From the IMG/VR virus record IMGVR_UViG_3300045135_002615, positions 186,001 to 250,000 of that record: 64,000 bases of DNA, one strand, 5' to 3'. The notes beneath the pieces are model-generated. The model did not search any database and had not been told where the DNA came from. It saw only the letters and a program-made list of their open reading frames with translations. The position numbers were made by a program, and so were the translations under genes. Shown in pieces: positions 1 through 10,103 of this stretch (positions are counted from its first letter, which is position 1; every line of letters starts with the position of its first letter).

Positions 1-545
1 CCGAAGGCGGAGAAGGTTTGATCTAATCTCTTATTACCCCATAGAGACATCCTCCATGAAGCTAACCACCATAACAACATAGTTATCACGGGCAACCACT
101 CCCACCAAGGTCCACCTGCGGTCTTTCCTTTTGAGAATGGGAGGAGAATGACCTTAAGGGGGTACGACAATACCTTTAGCACCAATTTGATGAGATAATA
201 GGTAACAATGATGGGGGTCGGGAGGACAAAAGGATTAGCGGTCTTACCCATAACTTCTGAAGGCAAGACTCCCTTCTTATATGCATCTAGACAGATGTCC
301 ACTTGCTCCTTATATCCATACTTCTCCATGTACATCTCAAACTTCATGAAGTAGGGTGTGTTAGAGACCCTCTTATATTGAGAGGCTGCCCTCACAGCGT
401 CATCGTAGCTCTTGAGAGACACCTCTTTTAGGATGACATCGGACACCTCTTTTGACCTGTAGATCTTAGGCACATACTTGTCTAAGAGTTCCTCAACTTT
501 ACGAGAGATCATACTCTTCTCTGCGGCTGTCAGTCTTCTGCTCAT
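1..545 (-). CDS. Hypothetical protein, 3' end outside window; putative virion cargo with hydrophobic segments
   Basis: Not in the ORF track; my translation MSRRLTAAEKSMISRKVEELL... stays open to the window edge; GGAGGAG RBS; GKTA motifs precede two hydrophobic stretches. Confidence 0.75.
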   Translation of the reverse strand, partial: MSRRLTAAEKSMISRKVEELLDKYVPKIYRSKEVSDVILKEVSLKSYDDAVRAASQYKRVSNTPYFMKFEMYMEKYGYKEQVDICLDAYKKGVLPSEVMGKTANPFVLPTPIIVTYYLIKLVLKVLSYPLKVILLPFSKGKTAGGPWWEWLPVITMLLWWLASWRMSLWGNKRLDQTFSAF

Positions 546-589
546 AACTACTCCTCCATAAATGTTTTTTATTTCGAGAGAGTAGCCTA

Positions 590-602
590 ATAAAAGCTTT
601 AT
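590..602. promoter_or_regulatory. Bidirectional copy of the ATA-N5-TTTAT element (putative late promoter)
   Basis: ATAAAAGCTTTAT matches the motif on both strands, between divergent starts at 545 and 640. Confidence 0.6.
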
Positions 603-639
603 TATCTTTTTTTTAGCGAACCACTACCGAGGAGCGTCT

Positions 640-1494
640 ATGTACAGACAATCAGAAATATGGGAGGACTTGAAGTCCACATTGAGAGATAAAAAAGAGT
701 CTTGGCTTCAGATGAGACTTGAACCCGCACTCAATAAGTTTATGGGTGAGAACTACACCCTCAAGGATAAAGGGTACTACCTCATATCCTGTAGGTTCGC
801 TCAGTTGTTCTTAAGTCATCCAAATGCTGTGAGGGCAGGGCTCTCCATAACAGGTAGTCACATCTTCTACTTTAAAGGTGATAAGTACGTCTTGGCTTCA
901 CCTGGATATGGGAGCTTCATCCCCCATAAAGAGATATGGAGCACTCAGACGGGGTTGGACATCTTGATCTTTATGAAGAAGTACGGCATCATCGTAGACC
1001 CACCTAATCAACGAGACCATATGGAGATCTCTAGGGTCTTCAATAGACGACTCGGTATCTACGGAGCTGAGCTCTTAAAGAAGGGTCTCTATAAAAATGC
1101 CTACTATGGTCAGGTATATGGCAATACCTATGTCGATGCTCTTAAGAAGATGAGCCGTGTGAAGGATGTAAGGTCTGGGCTCTATTTAGTCCCTTTATCC
1201 ACGTCCAAGTATAGTCTAAGAGAGGCGAAACTTGAATATGGGGATAGGAATATCTTCTACTACAAACTTCAAAAGTACGTCATATTGGTTGAGCACTCCC
1301 GTTACGAGCCTCACTTCCTTGCCGACCATCAAGATATTTATGACAGTGGTCGCCACAACCCTCTCCTTGACTTCATGTTAGATCATAAAATCAAGGTCAA
1401 GCCTAAAGGACGAGATTGGAGGGAGATCGAGCATATGATCATTCACACTAGACGTGGTCACCTCAGAGGGGTGGAGTTGATCCACTTCTTTTAA
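640..1494 (+). CDS. Hypothetical protein with internal domain duplication
   Basis: GAGGAG RBS; two halves share GxYL...IFY[FY]KxxKYV...FM..[YH]xI.V.P...D..EI. Confidence 0.75.
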   Translation: MYRQSEIWEDLKSTLRDKKESWLQMRLEPALNKFMGENYTLKDKGYYLISCRFAQLFLSHPNAVRAGLSITGSHIFYFKGDKYVLASPGYGSFIPHKEIWSTQTGLDILIFMKKYGIIVDPPNQRDHMEISRVFNRRLGIYGAELLKKGLYKNAYYGQVYGNTYVDALKKMSRVKDVRSGLYLVPLSTSKYSLREAKLEYGDRNIFYYKLQKYVILVEHSRYEPHFLADHQDIYDSGRHNPLLDFMLDHKIKVKPKGRDWREIEHMIIHTRRGHLRGVELIHFF

Positions 1495-2273
1495 GTCCCA
1501 AACTGACTGAACAGGTCATCAAGGTCAAGATCATCTACGTCTGTGTTGACCTCTTGAAGAGGGGTCTTCTCAAACTGAGTGATCACGTTGTTGACGCCCT
1601 CAATGGTATCCGTAAGGACATCCGTCTTAACAGGGGGTCTGTTAAGTGCCGCCTCAAGCTCTTTAGAAGCGGCATCATTCAACTGAGTCTCTACTGACTC
1701 ACGCTCTCGTGTAAAGTCCTCTACTAAGGACTCTGTAGTCACGCTAGGGTTAGATACCGTTGTACCCTCAAAGGTGTTCGCAGTATATGTCCTTGAACCC
1801 CAACGCTGACCTAAAGCAATCTGCTCCTGGCAAAGCTTGAGTTGATCCCTCAATCGACCTTGCAGGTCTTTGAGGTCAGTACGCTTCGCCTTGATCACAC
1901 TCATAAGGTCTTCAAGATCATGGACACTCAAGGTGAACTCATTGATCTTCCTTTGAATGTGAATCAAGCGGGTAGCCGCTAAAGCCTCTCTCTCCTTTTG
2001 AGAGCGACCTGAACGTACATGTGGGTCATTAGCGATTAAGCTGTCCTGCTCAATCTTGTACTCAGTCTGAGAGACCAATAAGTCCCTCTTGATCTTCTGA
2101 AGGTTATGGGACACCTCCATAAAGATCTTCTCTGTGCGACTAAGAAACCCTCGTACCTCAGAGGTCTTTTGATTTAACCGGCTAGGACCGAAAGCGATGG
2201 GGTCTGAGTCCAACTCAACATCCATCTCACCTAGTGTCTTATAGATACGATCAATGTAGTTCTGTTCAATCAT
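1491..2273 (-). CDS. Coiled-coil protein with acidic tail, possibly UvsY-like recombination mediator
   Basis: Long helical pattern; acidic DDLDLDDLF tail; function is inference. Confidence 0.5.
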   Translation of the reverse strand: MIEQNYIDRIYKTLGEMDVELDSDPIAFGPSRLNQKTSEVRGFLSRTEKIFMEVSHNLQKIKRDLLVSQTEYKIEQDSLIANDPHVRSGRSQKEREALAATRLIHIQRKINEFTLSVHDLEDLMSVIKAKRTDLKDLQGRLRDQLKLCQEQIALGQRWGSRTYTANTFEGTTVSNPSVTTESLVEDFTRERESVETQLNDAASKELEAALNRPPVKTDVLTDTIEGVNNVITQFEKTPLQEVNTDVDDLDLDDLFSQFGT

Positions 2274-2580
2274 CCTTAGACTCCATTGAAGTGATCAAAT
2301 GGGCGAAGTTACCCTTAGTTTTACTGATAGCCATGTTCATCTGACTCTCTGTTAAAAGCCCTGAAGCACCCGCTTGTTGGAAACCCAAAATGTTTACCTC
2401 AAGACTCAGTAGATGTGCAGCTAAACGACTCTCCTCAAGAGAGAGTGGCTCTGACTCATAGTTACCTGTTAAGGAGACAAACACATCTCCACCATTACGA
2501 GTCTTAACCACACGAGATACCATGATCTGTGATACCTGTGTTCCCTTACGAATCTTTGTGATCTTTTCTTTTAAACTCAT
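2266..2580 (-). CDS. Hypothetical protein
   Basis: GAAAGGA RBS before MSLKEK; overlaps the start of the next gene. Confidence 0.7.
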   Translation of the reverse strand: MSLKEKITKIRKGTQVSQIMVSRVVKTRNGGDVFVSLTGNYESEPLSLEESRLAAHLLSLEVNILGFQQAGASGLLTESQMNMAISKTKGNFAHLITSMESKDD

Positions 2581-2599
2581 TACGAGTCCTTTCAAGTGT

Positions 2600-3320
2600 T
2601 GTAGTTCTATGTCTCTATTATATTAACCTAAACCTACAACAACCCCCTATAGGGGGGTTAGACCACAAATATCCACTCTTAGTGGATGAACCTGAAGATA
2701 CTGAAGTATCTGTAGGTGTTGATGGTGTAGTTGAAGGAGTAGTTGTAGTTGTATTTGTAGCTGAAGCTGTAGGAGCTATAGTAGCAGTTGCTGTTGTAGT
2801 ACTAGTAGAAGTTGTATGAGTTGTTATTGGAGTAGAAGCTGTAGTTGTATGAGTAGATGTAGTTAGAGTAGATGTAGTTAGAGTAGATGCTGATGAAGTT
2901 CTAAGAGAAGTTCTCTTCTTCTTTTTAGTAGTAAACCTCAGACGATACTCTTTAGAGTCTCTATACTCTCTTAGACCTATACTCTAAGAGAGATTACTTT
3001 AAAGAGTAAGAAGATCCCCTAAGATAGTTTCTTATCAGTTACATCCAACGGAGTGATTGGACTAGGAGTCTTCCCATAGAGCATACCCTTCTCTTAAGAG
3101 GGAGGGTATATGTTAGCCCTTTTGCGTATGAACATTGTTTCTTGCTTCGCTAGATGCGTGCTAACTAGTAGCGTATCCCACCTAGTAGGTGTTACCTATC
3201 TCTCTACCCTCTTAAGAGGACTGAGGACATCTCCTTAGGGAGGAAGCAAAGTGGTTATACAAGTAGTTCAAGGTGAGTACAAGAAAAATCTATAACTCCT
3301 CTAACAAGACATAAGGAGAT
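2600..3320. other. Long intergenic region with strand skew, palindromes and CTCTTA(A)G repeats; candidate replication origin
   Basis: C-poor GTA/GTT triplet tract at about 2700-2900; CTCTTAAGAG at 3091 and 3209; inverted repeats at 2642-2658 and 2671-2687; lies between divergent genes. Confidence 0.4.
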
Positions 3321-3324
3321 AGAT

Positions 3325-3909
3325 ATGATCACGATACATCATGGTAGCGGAGTAGAGACCGCTATCGCGGAACTCTTAGAGGGTAAGACCCTCATCAAAC
3401 CACCATATGACGATTTGAAGGTAGACCCTGTAAAGGATTTAGTAGAGGCGTACTCTCAAGTATGGCCTCATAAGAACGCTTGTCTCTTAGCGGGTCCTTT
3501 AGATGCGGCTGATCCATCTACACTTGATATTCTCCTTAAGAGGATTGAAGAGCCCTTTGAGAACGCACCTGAGTTGATCTTATGGGCTCATGATTATGGA
3601 TCAGTTCCTGAGACGATCAGATCACGCTGTTCTGAGAGGTATCACTACCAACCTCAAGGTCAACATGAACTCTATATGCTCGGAGAGCAACTTTATAGTG
3701 CCGTAGAGAGCAGTTCTCTAGTAGACCTATCCAACACCCTTCGTAGGGTGGGTAAAGGTCAATACAGGGCTATTTTAGAGGCTTATGTGGAGGTGCTTGT
3801 AGAGAGAAAGGGTTGGGAGCATTACACAGAGGGTCTTAAGAAGCTCTTAGGGAGGAAGCATATGAGTGCTACCGCACTCTACGGGTTCTTTTTAGGGGAG
3901 GACTTATGA
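3325..3909 (+). CDS. Clamp-loader delta-prime (HolB-like), truncated AAA+ subunit
   Basis: LLKRIEEP and ETIRSRC motifs typical of DnaX/HolB; no Walker A. Confidence 0.75.
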   Translation: MITIHHGSGVETAIAELLEGKTLIKPPYDDLKVDPVKDLVEAYSQVWPHKNACLLAGPLDAADPSTLDILLKRIEEPFENAPELILWAHDYGSVPETIRSRCSERYHYQPQGQHELYMLGEQLYSAVESSSLVDLSNTLRRVGKGQYRAILEAYVEVLVERKGWEHYTEGLKKLLGRKHMSATALYGFFLGEDL

Positions 3910-4826
3910 GCGTTATGATAGTGTACGGAAACTGCCCTGAGTTGCTTTTGATAAGAGAGCAAGAAGTGGTTCAAGAGTATCGTGCTAACGGATATGAGGT
4001 TAGATACCTATCAGATAAAGAAGGGGTCTTAGAGGAGGTGTTCTCTAGTGGGCTCTTTGATGTAGACCCTGTACTCGTAGTTATCCATAACCCAACAAAG
4101 GTGAAAGGTCTTAAAGGCTACTTGTCAGACACGAGGGGTTGTGAGGTCTTAGTTGTACATGGCAATGAGCGTTTACCTAAGCTGTTAGAGGGACATCCTT
4201 ATCAGGAGCTCAACGAGCCTAAGTATGATGACCAAAAGGTGACATGGGCGGCGGAGTTTTTACACAACTACATCAAGCGTATGGGTAAGAAGATAGACCC
4301 TAAACTCTGTATTGCTGTCGTACAGAAGTCGGGTACTGATGTCGGTGTACTAAGATGGGAAGCTCACAAGTATGTGATGGCTGTCGGAGACTCAGAAGAG
4401 ATTCCTGCTAAGATCATAGCGGGTCTTTATTCTGAACTGAGTGATCGTTACGCTTCAGACTTGATCAACGCCGTAGCTTCTTGTGATCAGAAGTTCTTCC
4501 TTAAGGTCTGTGCTCGTATGGAGAAGTCCTCTTCAAAGGACTTGACCATGTCTGTCTGTAACGGGCTTTTGTTTTACAAGCTGAAGGAATGGGTAGACGT
4601 GGCAGTCCGCCTAGATGCCAAAGAGAGTTTAGATGACATTGCACACGATCTAGGTATCAACCCATGGAAGCTCACTAACATCTTAGTTCCTCAGATCAAG
4701 TCAATGGGTCTTAACAGAGTAAGGAAGCTCTTGAGGGCTCTCTACGAAGCTGAGGACTCCGTTTTAAAGGGTTCAAGGGGTCCATGGGAGAAGCTCAAGT
4801 CAGGGGTTTTGCTTGCTCTCCAATAG
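3906..4826 (+). CDS. Clamp-loader delta (HolA-like)
   Basis: IVYG start, SGLF, GTDVGVLRWEAHK, LGINPWK and C-terminal D..LKG pattern; translationally coupled to the HolB-like gene. Confidence 0.7.
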   Translation: MSVMIVYGNCPELLLIREQEVVQEYRANGYEVRYLSDKEGVLEEVFSSGLFDVDPVLVVIHNPTKVKGLKGYLSDTRGCEVLVVHGNERLPKLLEGHPYQELNEPKYDDQKVTWAAEFLHNYIKRMGKKIDPKLCIAVVQKSGTDVGVLRWEAHKYVMAVGDSEEIPAKIIAGLYSELSDRYASDLINAVASCDQKFFLKVCARMEKSSSKDLTMSVCNGLLFYKLKEWVDVAVRLDAKESLDDIAHDLGINPWKLTNILVPQIKSMGLNRVRKLLRALYEAEDSVLKGSRGPWEKLKSGVLLALQ

Positions 4827-4835
4827 TCTTTTTAT
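4823..4835 (+). promoter_or_regulatory. ATA-N5-TTTAT element
   Basis: ATAGTCTTTTTAT about 38 nt before the ATG at 4873. Confidence 0.65.
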
Positions 4836-4872
4836 CTGAGGTGCATGGGAGATATTCACATAGGTGGTCACC

Positions 4873-6492
4873 ATGAAGATAGCACATCAGATTTCAGACC
4901 TAGAGTTAAGACTCGCGAATCTTGAGAAAGAAGCGGGCATTGGATCATGGGTGGCAGAGTTCTTTGAAGACCGACCAACTTCAGCGGATTTGATACGGGG
5001 TAAGTACTTCTCTAAAGCTAACATCTCAGAGGTAAAGATAGATAACCTCATCTTGGACGGTAAAGACTTCAGGGGTGCTAACTTTCATCGCTCTTCAATG
5101 AAGTCCACCAAGGCAAAGGGAGCGTCTTTTAAGGGGGCGGGTATGTCGTGGGTAGACCTGAGTGGGTCTGTCTTTAATGGGTGTGACTTTACGGGCGTTG
5201 ATTTCAGGTTTGCCAACTTGAACAATGTCACGTTCAATGGGTGTTCCTTGAAAGGTGTGAAGCTCCACTCTTTAAGGGGTGCCGTCGGCGTTAAAATACT
5301 CAACAGCAATATAGAGGGCTTGACCATCATTGGAGGTGTTTTTAAGAGCCCTATACTCCCTCCCCTTAAGGGGGCATCCTTAAAGGGGGCTTCTTTTGAA
5401 GATTGTGCTCTTTCAGATGTAGAGAGTCCTGTCTCCTGTTCGTTTTACAATTGTGAGATAAATGGTCTGACGGGTGATGTCTTGAGTTCTAAGACGAATC
5501 GGTGTAAGGTTAAGGGTCTTAACCTTACCTCAGCCCAGAACACTCTATTTAAGGGTCTGATTGTGGAGGGTAAGGCTAAGATCAATAAGGGTGTTTCTCT
5601 TAGGTTCTCAGGTGTTCAGTTTATGGGTCCTAGTTTGACTCTAAATTTAATTAGTTCAGTGTTGTATGGTGTGACCTTTAGCAAGTGCTTCGTCTCCAAT
5701 ACCAACATCAAGGACTCAAAAGGAAAGATCGTTATCAGGAGTTGCGAGGGACTTGTTGATTTTAGAAACTGCTCTTTCCCGAACTCTCGGATCGAGAAGT
5801 GTAAAATATCAATGGGTGTCACTGACTTGGACTTGAGTGGTTCTCAGATTGTTAATAATGATCTGAGGTTCACAGGGGCTTCTGATTTAGATGTGACGGG
5901 TGCTGACCTTTCAGGCTCAGAGATTAGCGGGCTCATATACTCCGCAGAGATGAACCCCTCAGATTTTGATCAGGCTCTCATGTCTTTACGAGGTATTCTT
6001 GATGACCCAGGTACACTTAAGGGGTACATGGGTCTAGTCAAAACGATGCACCAAACAAAGGCGATCAAAGCAGAAGTCATTGAGAGAATGGAACGTCATT
6101 ATGACAAAAAGTTCACATCTCTCCGCCCTGAAAAGGAAGAGAAGCTCTTTGTGTTCATCTCTTATCTCAAGTATATAGACTCAGAGCTAAGCCTGATAAG
6201 AGAACTTAGTGGACCCCAACCCCATATTGAGAGCATTGAAAAAATGAATGACCTCCTTGAAGAGAGTACTTCAAACTCTCACAAGAAAGTAGACATTCTT
6301 TTAGGTATCTATCAAGACTATAGTGTACAAGAGCTCTCAGACCTCCTCACTGAAAGAGGGATGAGAAATAGATTACCCTCTGAAGGGCGATCTCTTGACC
6401 TCATATTCCTTAGAGTTGCTATGTTAGCTCTTAATGTTAATGAAAGAGAGCTCATCAAATATCTCAAGGAAGTCCGACCCCTATTTAAGTGA
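4873..6492 (+). CDS. Pentapeptide-repeat protein with N-terminal coiled-coil tag
   Basis: DFRGANF/SFKGA/DLSGS repeats; leader QISDLELRLANLEKEA. Confidence 0.8.
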   Translation: MKIAHQISDLELRLANLEKEAGIGSWVAEFFEDRPTSADLIRGKYFSKANISEVKIDNLILDGKDFRGANFHRSSMKSTKAKGASFKGAGMSWVDLSGSVFNGCDFTGVDFRFANLNNVTFNGCSLKGVKLHSLRGAVGVKILNSNIEGLTIIGGVFKSPILPPLKGASLKGASFEDCALSDVESPVSCSFYNCEINGLTGDVLSSKTNRCKVKGLNLTSAQNTLFKGLIVEGKAKINKGVSLRFSGVQFMGPSLTLNLISSVLYGVTFSKCFVSNTNIKDSKGKIVIRSCEGLVDFRNCSFPNSRIEKCKISMGVTDLDLSGSQIVNNDLRFTGASDLDVTGADLSGSEISGLIYSAEMNPSDFDQALMSLRGILDDPGTLKGYMGLVKTMHQTKAIKAEVIERMERHYDKKFTSLRPEKEEKLFVFISYLKYIDSELSLIRELSGPQPHIESIEKMNDLLEESTSNSHKKVDILLGIYQDYSVQELSDLLTERGMRNRLPSEGRSLDLIFLRVAMLALNVNERELIKYLKEVRPLFK

Positions 6493-6507
6493 GTCGGTAA
6501 AACTAAC

Positions 6508-6534
6508 GGGTGGGGTTGATAGTCAACCCCACCC
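6508..6534 (+). terminator. GC-rich hairpin after the pentapeptide gene
   Basis: GGGTGGGGTTGA-TAG-TCAACCCCACCC. Confidence 0.5.
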
Positions 6535-6580
6535 TTCTCAACCTAAGATTGCTCGTAAGAGCATACATGTCGAGAGTAAG

Positions 6581-9031
6581 ATGAACCAAGACGATTTTAA
6601 GTTTTCGGATCACGCCCTTTCCCTATTGTCTTCCTACTACATGGGTCAAGACGAACAAGACCCAACTGAGGCATTCCGTAGGGCGGCGTATTCTTTCACC
6701 CCTAATAAAGAGCTGGCAGAGAGGCTCTATGAGTATGTATGTAAGGGATGGTTTATGTTCTCCTCTCCTGTCCTCTCTAATGCAGGTCGTTCGGGACTAC
6801 CCATCTCTTGCTTTCTTAGCTATGTGGAGGACTCTATCACAGGTCTCATCTCACATACTGAGGAGCTGAGGTGGATGAGTGTTATGGGTGGCGGTGTAGG
6901 TGGTCACTGGGACGGTGTTCGCTCTGTATCAAACAAGTCACCTGGTCCAATCCCCTTCATCAAGACCGTTGATGCTGATATGGTTGCCTATCGTCAGGGT
7001 TTAACTCGTAAAGGATCTTATGCCGCGTACCTTGATGTTTCACACCCTGATCTTGTTGAGTTCTTAAATCTCCGCCTCCCCACAGGTGGTGACACCAACC
7101 GAAAAGCATTCAACATCAACAATGCACTCAACATCACAGATGCCTTCATGGAAGCTGTCCTTAAAGGAAAGCCATGGGACCTCATTGACCCTAATGATGG
7201 TGAAGTGAGAGACACCCTTGATGCCCGTGAACTATGGCAACGTATCCTTGAGGTTCGCTTCCGTACAGGTGAGCCCTACCTCAACTTCATTGATGAGGCG
7301 AATAGACACCTACCTCAACCCCTTAAGGACAAGGGGCTCAAGATCCATGGGTCTAATCTTTGTGTGAGAGGAGACACTCAAATCTTGACCGATAAGGGCT
7401 ACTACCCTATCCAATCACTCGCAGGTAAGCGTGTTAAAGTTTGGAACGGAAAGACATGGTCAACTTCCTTGGTGGCTAAGACAGGTGAAAATGAGAACCT
7501 ATTGAAGATCCGTCTTTCAAATGGGTCAGAACTCTACACCACCCCTTACCATAAGTTCTACACTGTAGAGGGTGTGGAGGTTCAAGCACAAAATCTTGAG
7601 AAGGGCTTAGCCCTCAAGCAGTTCAGCCTCCCTGTAGTGGCAGGTGAAGGCTCATGGGAGAACCCCTATAGCTTGGGGTTCTACCTCTATGATGCCACAG
7701 CCCCCGTTAATCTTGATCTTAAGACCCGTGTCTCATGGTTGAGTGGTTTCATTGACGCTAGAGGCTCAGTTGAGAAGCCCTTTACTCCCTTTATTCAGAT
7801 CAACCACTCTAACTATGACTTCATGCGTCAAGTGGCTCTTATGCTCAATACAATGGGCGTGGCCCCGATCTTAGAACAGAAGCCCACCCATACTGAAATC
7901 AAGATCAACCCCGTAGATGTACAACGACTAAAGGCTCTTGGGTTAGAGACACAGCGTCTTGTTGTCCGTTCAACTCACGTTGAAGGTTCTCACAAAGCTC
8001 AAGTTGAAGTCATGTCTGTTGAGCCATGTGGTGTGGCTGACACTTACTGCTTCAATGAACCCCAAAGACATATGGGCATCTTGAATGGTATCCTAACAGG
8101 CAACTGCAACGAGATCCATCTCCCTACCAGCCCTGAGAGATCCGCTGTCTGTTGTTTGAGCTCACTCAATCTAGAGCACTTTGACGAGTGGTGTGACACC
8201 ACCATCGTTGAGGACTTGATTGAGTTCCTCGATGATGTCCTCCAATACTTCATTGACAATGCACCCCATCAGCTCAGCAAGGCTATCTTCTCAGCCAAGT
8301 CAGAGCGGTCACTAGGTTTAGGGACTATGGGCTTCCACGCATATCTACAGCGAAAAGGTCTCCCCTTTGAGTCCGCCCTTGCTGTTGGTGTTAATCGCCG
8401 TATCTTCTCCACGATCAAGGAGAAGGCAGTACAAGCTACAGAGAGGCTCGCTAAGGAGAAGGGTGAATACCTTGATGGTATTGGCTCAGGTCGTAGGAAC
8501 TCACACTTGTTAGCTATAGCACCGAACGCCAACTCCGCTATCATCCTCGACACCTCCCCTAGTATCGAGCCTTGGAAGTCAAACGCCTTCACTCACCGCA
8601 CTCGTGCGGGCTCCTTCTTGCAGTTCAACAAGTACCTTGAAGAACTCCTTAAGACCAAAGAGGGTATCGACTTTGAGGAGGTCAAGCAGAGCATCATCTT
8701 GAGCCAAGGTTCTGTGCAACACCTTGAGTGCTTGACCGATTGGGAGAAGCAAATCTTTAAGACTGCATTTGAGCTTGATCAGATGTGGGTCGTTGAGCAC
8801 GCTTCTGTGAGACAAGAGTGGATCTGTCAAGGTCAGTCGGTCAACCTCTTCTTCCCTTCAGGCTCGGACATCAATTATGTCAGTAATGTTCACCTCTCAG
8901 CATGGAAGAAGAAGCTCAAGGGGCTTTACTATCTCCGCACCAATACTGGTGTAGTGGCGGATAAGGTCAGCGAGAAGGTGGAAAGACAAGCACTTAAAGA
9001 CTTTGATGAGTGCTTGAGCTGTCAAGGTTAA
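6581..9031 (+). CDS. nrdA: Ribonucleotide reductase class I alpha subunit, intein-containing
   Basis: SSPVLSN, PISCF, RKGSYAAYL, SNL/CNEI, AIAPNA, YY, C-terminal CLSC; start at MNQDDF preferred over the overlapping start at 6434. Confidence 0.95.
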   Translation: MNQDDFKFSDHALSLLSSYYMGQDEQDPTEAFRRAAYSFTPNKELAERLYEYVCKGWFMFSSPVLSNAGRSGLPISCFLSYVEDSITGLISHTEELRWMSVMGGGVGGHWDGVRSVSNKSPGPIPFIKTVDADMVAYRQGLTRKGSYAAYLDVSHPDLVEFLNLRLPTGGDTNRKAFNINNALNITDAFMEAVLKGKPWDLIDPNDGEVRDTLDARELWQRILEVRFRTGEPYLNFIDEANRHLPQPLKDKGLKIHGSNLCVRGDTQILTDKGYYPIQSLAGKRVKVWNGKTWSTSLVAKTGENENLLKIRLSNGSELYTTPYHKFYTVEGVEVQAQNLEKGLALKQFSLPVVAGEGSWENPYSLGFYLYDATAPVNLDLKTRVSWLSGFIDARGSVEKPFTPFIQINHSNYDFMRQVALMLNTMGVAPILEQKPTHTEIKINPVDVQRLKALGLETQRLVVRSTHVEGSHKAQVEVMSVEPCGVADTYCFNEPQRHMGILNGILTGNCNEIHLPTSPERSAVCCLSSLNLEHFDEWCDTTIVEDLIEFLDDVLQYFIDNAPHQLSKAIFSAKSERSLGLGTMGFHAYLQRKGLPFESALAVGVNRRIFSTIKEKAVQATERLAKEKGEYLDGIGSGRRNSHLLAIAPNANSAIILDTSPSIEPWKSNAFTHRTRAGSFLQFNKYLEELLKTKEGIDFEEVKQSIILSQGSVQHLECLTDWEKQIFKTAFELDQMWVVEHASVRQEWICQGQSVNLFFPSGSDINYVSNVHLSAWKKKLKGLYYLRTNTGVVADKVSEKVERQALKDFDECLSCQG
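7361..8104 (+). mobile_element. Intein in NrdA (248 aa) with partly deleted LAGLIDADG endonuclease
   Basis: NL|CVRGDT...ILTGN|CNEI; block B TTPYHKF; one intact motif LSGFIDARG. Confidence 0.92.
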
Positions 9032-9043
9032 TACTCTCTTTAT
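9031..9043 (+). promoter_or_regulatory. ATA-N5-TTTAT element
   Basis: ATACTCTCTTTAT upstream of the 9077-10670 gene trio. Confidence 0.65.
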
Positions 9044-9076
9044 AGAGTGGGTCCTCTTACATGAGGAGCCCGCCCT

Positions 9077-9553
9077 ATGCTAAACAGAGTCACTAATGCT
9101 TACTTGTCTAAGCTCTCGTCATATAAAGAGAACACCTACAGGGTGTCTACTCTAACCATCTTCGACACCCTCCCTAAGAAAAGAGTGAAGGTGAAGAGAA
9201 TGGATATGATTAAAGAGTCCGCTATCGGCGGGGATTGTTACAAAGCAAATGGTGACTACTTCATGGATAATGCTTACCATGAGCCTAACCTCCGCTTAGT
9301 GCATGGCGAGGTGAGGGGTCAAGGAGAGCTACAAGGCATCACCTATGGTCATTGTTGGTGTGAGCTAAACGGAGATGTCTTAGATTTCTCCAATGGGCGG
9401 AACATCAAGATAGACAAGAGGGTCTATTATGCACTCGGAGGTATCGACCATATAGATAACCTTCATGTGTACGACCTCAACACATTCAATCAAAACATCT
9501 CAAAACATGGTCATTGGGGTCCATGGGACCTCAAGACTAAATCAGGACTATAA
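9077..9553 (+). CDS. Papain/transglutaminase-fold-like protein
   Basis: GDCY...GHCWCE...VLD suggests a Cys-His-Asp triad. Confidence 0.5.
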   Translation: MLNRVTNAYLSKLSSYKENTYRVSTLTIFDTLPKKRVKVKRMDMIKESAIGGDCYKANGDYFMDNAYHEPNLRLVHGEVRGQGELQGITYGHCWCELNGDVLDFSNGRNIKIDKRVYYALGGIDHIDNLHVYDLNTFNQNISKHGHWGPWDLKTKSGL

Positions 9554-9565
9554 AGGAGGTCAACT

Positions 9566-10093
9566 ATGAGAGATAAGATTAGTCACCTAGAAGCCCGTAT
9601 TGCACTTCTTGAGCGTTCTTCTTCGGATCGCTTCCGTCCGAGTGATCCTGAGCCCGACCCTTCATGGCAACACACGTCCCCCAATGATATTGATGTACGC
9701 GGTCCCGCTGACCGCCCAAATGCGACACCTTCTGAACTGTGGGAGGAGATGAAAAACTACATGGTGGAGAATGGACTTGGTCGTGTTAAGGCTACGCCAG
9801 GCACTGTTTCCTTCTACCTCTTTTACTACCTAGACCCCGAACAATACCTAGACCCCGACCAAGCTAACTATTACCGAGGTCGCGAGCTTGCTGAAATCTT
9901 CGCCAGGATTGTCAGGAACAAAAGAGGATGGACTGACAGAGGATGGACTGCGAGGCAGCTTGGTGGGGACAAGGTACGGGTCACCAAAACCAAAGGTAGA
10001 GCTATTTACAGGGGTGAGCGTATCCATGTAGAAGGAGAAGCCATTTTCAGGGTCACTATCAAAAATGATTGGATCACCATCCACAAGCCTTAA
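9566..10093 (+). CDS. Hypothetical protein with coiled-coil tag
   Basis: MRDKISHLEARIALLER; AAGGAGG RBS. Confidence 0.8.
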   Translation: MRDKISHLEARIALLERSSSDRFRPSDPEPDPSWQHTSPNDIDVRGPADRPNATPSELWEEMKNYMVENGLGRVKATPGTVSFYLFYYLDPEQYLDPDQANYYRGRELAEIFARIVRNKRGWTDRGWTARQLGGDKVRVTKTKGRAIYRGERIHVEGEAIFRVTIKNDWITIHKP

Positions 10094-10103
10094 GGAGACA
10101 TTT

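Noticed and set aside
6434-6580. N-terminal extension of NrdA
   Set aside because: Overlaps the upstream gene and a hairpin; MNQDDF at 6581 is the more plausible start
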